In this document: one piece after another, positions 9,986-17,638 of the stretch | Layout: each line of letters opens with the position of its first letter | Numbering within the stretch: position 1 is the first letter of the stretch | NCBI GenBank assembly: GCA_977020255.1 | Contig: CDROCS010000506.1 | Span: 3,224,001 to 3,288,000, forward strand | DNA: 64,000 nucleotides | Origin: Obrimoposthia wandeli | Taxonomy: Eukaryota | Direction: 5' to 3' | Program-made: the position numbers and the translations under genes | Notes under the pieces: generated by a model | What the model was told of the DNA's origin: nothing | Seen by the model: only the letters and a program-made list of their open reading frames with translations | Database searches by the model: none

Positions 9986-10783
9986 ATGCTTGAAGCCTTA
10001 ATAAAAACAATAAGTATTTTGAGCAGTAATTTTGGTGTAGTACTGGCGTTGATTATTTTATTGTATGTTATTCAGCGGATCACCAGCGGCATTATACAGT
10101 CAAGTTTTAAACGTGGTGGCTATTACCTTAGCGCTTGCTTTGGTGTGGCTATCCATGAATTAAGTCATGCTGCTATGTGTCTTGTGTTCGGGCATAAGAT
10201 CAATAAGATCGTGTTATTTAAACCTGATGCATCCGGTACATTGGGTTATGTTGAACATACTTACAATACCAGAAACGTTTATCATCAATTGGGTAACTTC
10301 TTTATCGGTATGGCGCCACTGCTTGGTGGACCTCTAGCTATTATTGCTATTACGATGTTGTGTTTACCGAATGGTCAGAGCATTGTTGATTTTTTGTTTA
10401 GTGCGGGAACTGATTTACAGTCAGTGAACAATTTATCAAGCTTAATGGCATTACTTCAGTATCAGATCCAAGGGCTATTTGAGTTACTGCCAGCATCTTA
10501 TGAAGATAATACGCTGGGATTTTGCATTTGGTTGTATTTAAGCTCAAGCATTGCCCTGCATTTATCACCATCACCCGTGGACTTGAAAGGTTCTATTTTT
10601 GGTGGGCTGTTACTACTCGTTGTTTTAGTTTGCTTGCCGTTAATTATGGATCTAGACACCTTGTATGCCTCGATAAGTTCAATCCTAATACCGCTATCGA
10701 CAATCCTGATTCTGTGTATCGCCCTTGCTACAGGCTTATCAATTATAATTTTTTCGGTATCAAGGATATTTACTCGCAACTAA
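9986..10783 (+). CDS. Integral membrane HExxH protein, peptidase M50-like
   Basis: IHELSHA zinc motif within a TM segment, G.LGYV, APL..G, and a later LSPSPVDL that could supply the third-ligand Asp. Confidence 0.75.
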   Translation: MLEALIKTISILSSNFGVVLALIILLYVIQRITSGIIQSSFKRGGYYLSACFGVAIHELSHAAMCLVFGHKINKIVLFKPDASGTLGYVEHTYNTRNVYHQLGNFFIGMAPLLGGPLAIIAITMLCLPNGQSIVDFLFSAGTDLQSVNNLSSLMALLQYQIQGLFELLPASYEDNTLGFCIWLYLSSSIALHLSPSPVDLKGSIFGGLLLLVVLVCLPLIMDLDTLYASISSILIPLSTILILCIALATGLSIIIFSVSRIFTRN

Positions 10784-10902
10784 GTAGGCGATAAATATAT
10801 TACCTAGATTGGGATTTTGGATTAGCACGTAGGATTCACTGGATAGGTTGGGTTCTATTTTTGAATAGTACGGGCTGTGAGTTCTTACTGAATTTCAGGC
10901 AC

Positions 10903-10925
10903 AAAAAAAGATGCATACGCATCTT
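10903..10925 (-). terminator. Terminator of tRNA-Ser
   Basis: Minus strand aagatgc-gta-tgcatctt followed by a T-tract, just downstream of the tRNA 3' end. Confidence 0.75.
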
Positions 10926-10951
10926 AAGAGTTCATCTTTTAACAAAGAGAA

Positions 10952-11039
10952 TGGCGGTGACGGAGAGATTCGAACTCTCGAAAGGTTACCCTTTACACGC
11001 TTTCCAGGCGTGCTCCTTCAGCCACTCGGACACGTCACC
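10952..11039 (-). tRNA. tRNA-Ser(GGA)
   Basis: Reverse complement GGTGACGTGTCCGAGTGGCTGAAGGAG...CACGC-CTGGAAA-GCGTG..., long variable arm, GAGTTCGAATCTC T-arm, GTCACCGCCA end; 88 nt. Confidence 0.97.
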
Positions 11040-11329
11040 TAAATAAATAGTTATATAGAATATAACGAGTCGTACTTTAGATAATCACCCTGCAAAGGTC
11101 AATGAAAAACTAACATTTACAGTTTGACTGCTGCATTACTGAACATACATACCGTATTACATATTATCCCTACCATGACTAATTGGCACATAAATAGCAT
11201 GTTTAATTGTATATTTTAGGCGGCAATACGAATTGCCTAAAGTTGTCAGCAGAGCTGACGATATAAATATTATAATTTGTGCGATTAAAGATATATCGCG
11301 ATTCAAATATCATAAGGATTCATGAGCTG

Positions 11330-12421
11330 ATGAACATTCAACGTCGCCAAGCATTACTGTTACCTCTATCTCTAGGGATTGCATTTACAAGTTGTTCACT
11401 ATTGGCGACGGAGTTTGATGCACGCTCATATGCAATGGGTGGCGTTGGTGTCACGACGGCAGATTATGTCACCGCTTCGTTTCATAATCCGGCAATGGCG
11501 GCAAAACATGACGTACGTGATGACTTTGGTTTACTAGCTCCTGTGCTCGGTTTACAAATTGATGATGAAGATGATTTATTTAATGACCTACCGTCTGATC
11601 CATTAGAACTAATTGGTGATAAAGCTTATTACGAAACTGGCTTTGGCCTCGTTGCATCTGTACCTACACGTTATTACTCCACCAATGTCTTTATTAAAGG
11701 CTATGCCGATTCATTAGCATTTGCAGATATCGTTGCCAATGATAGCGATTCTAAAGTAAGCGTATACGCGATCTCAGTTTTAGAATTCGGAATGACGTTT
11801 GCGCGTAAGTTTGATACTCGTTACGGTGGCATGCATTTTGGGTTTTCACCGAAATATAATGTCTTTTCCACTTATAACTATTCTGAAGTTGTGAATAATT
11901 TTGATCCTGACAAATATAAAGACGGTGCAAGCAGCGACGAAAAAGGTTTTAACCTTGATTTGGGTATGGAAATGGGATTGTTGTATGGTTTAAGTGTTGG
12001 CGCGGCAGTGAAAAACTTAATACCACAATCAGTCGATTTAAAACCAATGAATGGATCGAGTGCGAGTTATAACTTGAATCCCGTTGTAACGACAGGTATT
12101 AGTTGGAGCAGTGATTATGCCACGCTTGCGATGGATGTGGATTTAAATGCCACACAGCGTTATGAAGATATGGATACATTATCTGGGATTGGCGATAGTT
12201 TTGACGATTCTCAAATGCTGAAAATTGGTGGTGAAATAGGTTTCGAGTCAGCTATACAGTTTCGTGCAGGTTATATGCACGATTTACAAGGCAATAAAAG
12301 CCAAGTTTTTACTGCAGGTGTAGGCTTATCGCCGTTTAATGTTTTCCAACTTGACCTTGGTGCAAGCTATGGTGGTGAAAATAAACTTGGTCTTGCAGCA
12401 CAAACAATGGTGTGGTTTTAA
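11330..12421 (+). CDS. TraF-like (TraF_2 family) outer-membrane beta-barrel protein
   Basis: Signal peptide, then DARSYAMGGVGV...ASFHNPAM, typical of this family; terminal Phe. Start refined to ATG 11330. Confidence 0.78.
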   Translation: MNIQRRQALLLPLSLGIAFTSCSLLATEFDARSYAMGGVGVTTADYVTASFHNPAMAAKHDVRDDFGLLAPVLGLQIDDEDDLFNDLPSDPLELIGDKAYYETGFGLVASVPTRYYSTNVFIKGYADSLAFADIVANDSDSKVSVYAISVLEFGMTFARKFDTRYGGMHFGFSPKYNVFSTYNYSEVVNNFDPDKYKDGASSDEKGFNLDLGMEMGLLYGLSVGAAVKNLIPQSVDLKPMNGSSASYNLNPVVTTGISWSSDYATLAMDVDLNATQRYEDMDTLSGIGDSFDDSQMLKIGGEIGFESAIQFRAGYMHDLQGNKSQVFTAGVGLSPFNVFQLDLGASYGGENKLGLAAQTMVWF

Positions 12422-12596
12422 GTAAAACTTATAGCGGCTGCTTACTCGTTGAACCTAAGTATGGTATTTCAAAAAAATTTGGGCAATTACTCTAAGAGTA
12501 TAAAAGCTTGAGATAAGTCATGAACTAAAGGCGTTCTTTACTCTACTATCTTGTTATATGGTTTATTATTGAATCTAATACAAGGAGTGTTAAGAG

Positions 12597-13433
12597 ATGC
12601 CAAAGAATCAAACTGCAACAAATCAATCTACAGTAAAGCAACCACGCGTAACCGTGGAAATCATCGATGAAGTGGCGATAGTCACCCTCAATCGAGGCGC
12701 TAAATATAATGCACTCGACATGGATATGTTCCATGCATTAGATAATACCGCGACAGAACTTGCCGATAACAAAGCCATCCGAGCAGTGATCGTTCGCGGT
12801 GATGGTAAGGTATTCTGCGCTGGCCTTGATGTTAAAAGTATTATCAAAAATCCCCTCAATCCCGGCAAACTATTAAAACGTGAAGAAGGCGAACTCGCTA
12901 ACCTAGCTCAAAAAGTCGGTTATCTGTGGCGTCAAATTCCTGTACCTGTCATTGCGGTGACGCACGGTGTGTGTTTTGGTGGCGGATTACAAATCGCACT
13001 CGGTGCTGATTTTCGTTATAGCACTGCAGATTGCGAATTTTCAGTGATGGAAATTAAATGGGGGTTAATCCCTGATATGAGCGGCATGGTAACGATGCGT
13101 GAACTTACGCGTATCGATATTGCCAAAGAACTCACCATGACAGGGCGTAAATTTAGCGGTACTGAAGCTGAGAAATATGGATTAGTGACACATGTTTGTG
13201 ATGATCCAATGGCGGCCGCTATGACCTTTGTTGATAGTATCAAAACACGTTCTCCAGACGCCATTGTTGCGGCTAAATCATTATTAAATGAGTCATGGGT
13301 TGCATCAGAGCAAGCAGCGCTGGTACTCGAAACCCAAACACAGAAAAAAGTCATGGGAAAGTGGAATCAAATTGCGGCAGTAACTCGTAATTTTATCAAA
13401 AAATCATTACCCTATAGAAAACGTAGTATTTAA
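12597..13433 (+). CDS. Enoyl-CoA hydratase/isomerase (crotonase) family protein
   Basis: FCAGLDV oxyanion motif, CFGGGLQIALGADFR, MEIKWGLIPD. Confidence 0.93.
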   Translation: MPKNQTATNQSTVKQPRVTVEIIDEVAIVTLNRGAKYNALDMDMFHALDNTATELADNKAIRAVIVRGDGKVFCAGLDVKSIIKNPLNPGKLLKREEGELANLAQKVGYLWRQIPVPVIAVTHGVCFGGGLQIALGADFRYSTADCEFSVMEIKWGLIPDMSGMVTMRELTRIDIAKELTMTGRKFSGTEAEKYGLVTHVCDDPMAAAMTFVDSIKTRSPDAIVAAKSLLNESWVASEQAALVLETQTQKKVMGKWNQIAAVTRNFIKKSLPYRKRSI

Positions 13434-13450
13434 CAGGCGATCTTATAACT

Positions 13451-15904
13451 ATGTCCCAATTGAATATAAAAGCATTATTAGAACCTTCGTCAATAGCCGT
13501 TATTGGTGCTAAAAATAGCACTGAGAGTATTGGTTATTGGGTCGTTAAAAATTTAATAGCCAGTCAGTATGATGGTCCGATTATGCCGGTATCATTAAAG
13601 GCTAATAATGTCTGTGGGATTTTAGCGTATGAGAAACCAAGTGATTTACCGATAGCGCCCGATCTCGGTGCTATCTGTACGCCGATCCGTTTTGTTCCTA
13701 AAATAATCAAAGAGCTCGGTGAGATCGGCTGCAAAGCGGTTATTTTATTTAGTGATGAACCTTATGAAGGCAATGCTGATACTTGGGAAAAGATTGGGTT
13801 AATTGCGGCAAAATACAACATTCGTGTATTAGGTCCAAGCAGCTTAGGGGTATTGAACCCTCGATTAAAATTAAATGTCAGTGTCGCTCACGTCGCGCCG
13901 CCTGCAGGTGATGTGGCGGTGATCTCTCAATCTGCTGCATTTGCTACCTCGATGATCGATTGGGCCGAAACACGTGGTGTGGGCTTCTCTTGTTTCATTT
14001 CTATTGGTACGCGTATTGATGTGAACTTTGCCGATTTAATCGATTATTTAAGTCGTGACCGTTTTACTAAATCGATTGCCTTGTATGTTGATAATATTAT
14101 CGATACACGCCGCTTTATGTCTGCAGCCAGAGCCGCGGCATTTAAAAAACCGATTGTGGTGGTACGTTCAAGCTCAAACATTGGTGGTCCAACCGAACAA
14201 TTACAAGATCGTCGCAACAAAATCTCGTATAACACGGCGTATACCGCGGCATTCCAACGCTCGGGCATGCTACGAGTGAATGATACGTTTGAATTATTGT
14301 CGGCAATCAAAACGGTTGCTACGATCAAACGTTCAGTACGTGGTGATAAAATGCTGATCATCTCTAACGGTGGTTCGCCAGCCTATATGGCGATTGATGT
14401 ATTAATCAAATCAGGCTGTAAGTTAGCTGAACTGAGTTATGAAACCGAGCAGAAATTGTTAAAAGCATTTCCGGGTAAAATCACGGCAATGAACCCGATC
14501 AATATTCTGGGTGGGGTTGATGCGCAGGCATACAGTAAAGTGATTGATATTGTCCTTGAAGATGCAAAGTACGATGCGTTACTGATTATTCATGCGCCAC
14601 AAGTAACAGAGTCATGCGAGGCAACAGCTGAAAAGCTAATTCCACAGCTGGTTAAAAATAATAAAAAAGGCCCGATCATATTCACTTCATGGATGGGTGA
14701 AACCAGTGGTCGTATTGCCCGTCAGACGTTAATTAAAGCCGGTATCCCATCTTATGGCACACCAGAAGTCGCGGTGAATGCGTTTAACTACATTGTTAAA
14801 TTTAGACGTCACCAAAAGCAACTGATTCAAACACCTGAAACCTTGGCTGATTTAAATCCCAATGCGATGACTGCCGCGAAGATGATGATTGATAAAGCCA
14901 TGAGTAAAGGCGTAAAAGAAGTTAATGAGAAAGGCGTTAATTTGCTGCTCAGTGCTTATGGCATTACTTCTGATACTGCGTTATCGCGAGACGAAGTGAA
15001 TAAACTGCGTATTGAAGTGATTGACGATGCGGCATTTGGACCCATTATCTGTCTAGGTGAAGCGGGCGGCGATTGGGATATAGACCAAGATGCTGAAGTT
15101 GCTCTACCACCATTGAATATGGCGCTATCGCGTTATTTAGTCGTTGGTGCAATCAAGCAAGGCATTATCCGTGAGCGTAGTTTATCGGTACGCTTAAACA
15201 TGGATGGTTTGTGTGAACTATTAACCCGTATTTCGCAGATGATTATTGATTTCCCGATGATAAAGTCGCTCTTGTTAGATCCATTAGAACTCGGCCGAAC
15301 ATCGTATAACATTAAGATAGAAAACGTTAAAATTGGCTTACGTGGTCGCCGTTCACAACAAAAATTAGCCATATTACCTTATCCGAAAGAACTGGAAAGT
15401 ATCTACACCATGAAAAATGGTAAAGGGGTACTGCTAAGACCGATTCGCCATGAAGATGAGCCACAACATCAAGCCTTTGATTCTTCACTTACCGCTGATG
15501 ACCGCTATTTACGTTACTTTGGTGCTCGCTCTAAGTTCAGCCATTTCGAAATGGCGATGTTAACGCAAATTGATTACGAGCGTGAAATGGCGTTTATTGC
15601 CAGCGCGAAAAACCCGATGGGGCAAGCAGAAACTTTGGGTGTAGTACGAGCTATTTTTGATTGGGATACCGGTGAAGCAGAATTTGCTATTTCAGTACGC
15701 TCTGATTTGAAAGGCCAAGGATTAGGTAAAGCACTGATGTTGAAGATTATTGATTTTTGCCGTCAATCAGGCCTAAAAACCATGGTCGGTTTCACTATGC
15801 CGACTAATTCGGGCATGATTAAATTAGCAAAATATTGTGGCTTTAAAGTGGTAATGGATTATCGTGAAGGCAACGCAGATTTGAAATTAAAGCTAAATGA
15901 TTAA
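13451..15904 (+). CDS. pat: Pat/PatZ-type protein lysine acetyltransferase (NDP-forming acyl-CoA synthetase-like domain plus C-terminal GNAT)
   Basis: N-terminal CoA-binding domain (SIAVIGA, GPSSLG, ISQSA), C-terminal GNAT with DLKGQGLGKALM. The ligase phospho-His motif (SHTG) is absent. Confidence 0.85.
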   Translation: MSQLNIKALLEPSSIAVIGAKNSTESIGYWVVKNLIASQYDGPIMPVSLKANNVCGILAYEKPSDLPIAPDLGAICTPIRFVPKIIKELGEIGCKAVILFSDEPYEGNADTWEKIGLIAAKYNIRVLGPSSLGVLNPRLKLNVSVAHVAPPAGDVAVISQSAAFATSMIDWAETRGVGFSCFISIGTRIDVNFADLIDYLSRDRFTKSIALYVDNIIDTRRFMSAARAAAFKKPIVVVRSSSNIGGPTEQLQDRRNKISYNTAYTAAFQRSGMLRVNDTFELLSAIKTVATIKRSVRGDKMLIISNGGSPAYMAIDVLIKSGCKLAELSYETEQKLLKAFPGKITAMNPINILGGVDAQAYSKVIDIVLEDAKYDALLIIHAPQVTESCEATAEKLIPQLVKNNKKGPIIFTSWMGETSGRIARQTLIKAGIPSYGTPEVAVNAFNYIVKFRRHQKQLIQTPETLADLNPNAMTAAKMMIDKAMSKGVKEVNEKGVNLLLSAYGITSDTALSRDEVNKLRIEVIDDAAFGPIICLGEAGGDWDIDQDAEVALPPLNMALSRYLVVGAIKQGIIRERSLSVRLNMDGLCELLTRISQMIIDFPMIKSLLLDPLELGRTSYNIKIENVKIGLRGRRSQQKLAILPYPKELESIYTMKNGKGVLLRPIRHEDEPQHQAFDSSLTADDRYLRYFGARSKFSHFEMAMLTQIDYEREMAFIASAKNPMGQAETLGVVRAIFDWDTGEAEFAISVRSDLKGQGLGKALMLKIIDFCRQSGLKTMVGFTMPTNSGMIKLAKYCGFKVVMDYREGNADLKLKLND

Positions 15905-16823
15905 TTTACAACGTATCAACCTTAATTTATTACTCAGTTTGCAGTACTTGTTGCAAGAACAACAAGTCACTGCAGCGGCGCAACGCCAATTTATTACCCA
16001 GTCGGCAATGAGCAAAAATCTGGCTAAATTACGCGAGATATTTGCCGATCCCTTGTTGATCAAAATTGATAATAAAAGTCAGTTGACTGAAAAAGCCAAA
16101 CAGTTAAAACCGGTATTAGCGCAGATCTTAAATAACATTGATGGTTTGTTAGTGACGGGCGGTTTTGACCCTTTGCAATCGCAACGTGAATTTACTATTG
16201 CTTCAACCGACTATGTGACCGATTATATTTTGCCGGTAGCGGTGGCGCATCTGTACCAACAAGCACCGAATATTAAACTTAACCTGACGTATTGGGATAA
16301 GTTTACCTTGGCAGCGATGGAACGTGGTGAGATTGATTTAGGGGCAACGATCATTCGCCCTGAACATAAACACCTTTCGTATTTACCACTCGAGCAAGAC
16401 AGCTATGTGTGTATTATGCGTCAAGGTCACCCGTTAGAGCAGGTCCCATTAACCCTGTCTAATTACACTCAATATCCACACGGTATTATTACTTCAGGCG
16501 CAGACAAGTCCAGTGATATTGACGTGGCGTTGTCGGCACAAGGGGTATTTAGAGACGTGGCATTGCGTATTCCGTCTTATTCTTCGGCCTTTAGTATTAT
16601 TGCTAAAACAGACCATTTATTGACCATTCCTAATTCGATAGCCGATAAACTCATCATTGGCGAGCAGTTCACCCGAAAAAAATTACCCATTAAATTACCG
16701 ATTTTACAGGCTGCAATCATCTGGCATCCGCGTTTTGACCACGATCTGGCGCATAAATGGTTGCGTGACGAACTACATGCTCAATTAAGTAGCAATATTC
16801 CAAACAGGACTACCGAGGAGTAA
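15897..16823 (+). CDS. LysR-family regulator (NodD/YidZ-like)
   Basis: INLNLLLSLQYLLQEQQVTAAA...TQSAMS HTH and WHPRFDHD. Overlaps the pat stop by 8 nt. Confidence 0.92.
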   Translation: MINLQRINLNLLLSLQYLLQEQQVTAAAQRQFITQSAMSKNLAKLREIFADPLLIKIDNKSQLTEKAKQLKPVLAQILNNIDGLLVTGGFDPLQSQREFTIASTDYVTDYILPVAVAHLYQQAPNIKLNLTYWDKFTLAAMERGEIDLGATIIRPEHKHLSYLPLEQDSYVCIMRQGHPLEQVPLTLSNYTQYPHGIITSGADKSSDIDVALSAQGVFRDVALRIPSYSSAFSIIAKTDHLLTIPNSIADKLIIGEQFTRKKLPIKLPILQAAIIWHPRFDHDLAHKWLRDELHAQLSSNIPNRTTEE

Positions 16824-16879
16824 AAGAAGTCATTTTATTCATTTCAATATGCGTTCTATTATGATTGTAACGCAATGGA

Positions 16880-17503
16880 ATGGTGAGCATCATGTACGAA
16901 ATTATAGTGTCTTTATTAATTATTAACTTCTTTGGAATGCTCAGCCCTGGGCCTGACATGATGTTAGTTTTAAAATACGGTAGCCTCAATGCTAAACGTG
17001 CTGCTTGGTACTGTGTTGGCGGTATCATTAGTGGTCTAGCTGTACACATGATGTTAGGTTTGTTCGGTATTTCATTATTGATTTCAAGCAACCCTATGCT
17101 CTTCAATATCGTACGTTGGTTAGGTGCTGCATACCTTATTTATATTGGTATTAAATCACTGCGTGCTGGTAAAAGCGAAATCGAAGTGGATGCTGGTACA
17201 TTAAACTACCGTCCAATGAAAGCCTATTTAGATGGCTTGTTGTGTAACTTATTAAATCCTAAAATCTTGATGTTTATGGTGGCTGCATTCAGTCAGGTGA
17301 TTGCACCTGAAACACCAACGTCAGATAAATTATTAATCAGCTTATCTATCTTTGTAGAAACAGCAGTACTGTGGTCTTGTTTCATTATTTTGCTGAATCG
17401 CGGTACGCTAAAGCAAATGCTGAATCGTTATCAAGACAAGATTAATAAAGCGACTGGTGGTCTACTGATCACGCTGGGTGGCTTCATCGGTCTAAGCAGT
17501 TAA
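16880..17503 (+). CDS. LysE/RhtB-family translocator
   Basis: SPGPDM, GAAYLIYIG and NLLNPK motifs. Start may be 16892. Confidence 0.92.
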   Translation: MVSIMYEIIVSLLIINFFGMLSPGPDMMLVLKYGSLNAKRAAWYCVGGIISGLAVHMMLGLFGISLLISSNPMLFNIVRWLGAAYLIYIGIKSLRAGKSEIEVDAGTLNYRPMKAYLDGLLCNLLNPKILMFMVAAFSQVIAPETPTSDKLLISLSIFVETAVLWSCFIILLNRGTLKQMLNRYQDKINKATGGLLITLGGFIGLSS

Positions 17504-17556
17504 TTACTTAATTAATAGCTAGTCGTTAAAATGCGTTAACGAAAAATTGATAAAAG

Positions 17557-17593
17557 AAAGGCGCTGTGGGTAGATACCGACAGCGCCTTTTTT
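17557..17593. terminator. Bidirectional intrinsic terminator
   Basis: aaaggcgctgt...acagcgcctttttt between convergent genes. Confidence 0.85.
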
Positions 17594-17638
17594 GTATTTT
17601 CATTTTAGAACGAAAGCTTATAATTTCGTGTTTATAAT

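Noticed and set aside
10952-11039. tRNA-Ser as the integration site of a genomic island covering 2.7-10.8 kb
   Set aside because: The tRNA 3' end is followed directly by its own terminator, and I found no integrase and no duplicated tRNA 3' fragment (attR) in the window.
11330-12421. TraF-like gene as evidence of a conjugative element or ICE
   Set aside because: No other tra/trb, relaxase, coupling-protein or integrase genes are present; solitary chromosomal copies of this family are common.
12597-13433. Crotonase as AcuK/AcuH/DmdD of DMSP metabolism
   Set aside because: It is not linked to the ddd genes, sits in a pat-LysR-LysE unit, and shows only generic crotonase motifs.
13451-15904. 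ADP-forming acetate--CoA ligase
   Set aside because: The phospho-His motif is absent, the ATP-grasp segment is shortened and a C-terminal GNAT domain is present, which fits a Pat acetyltransferase.
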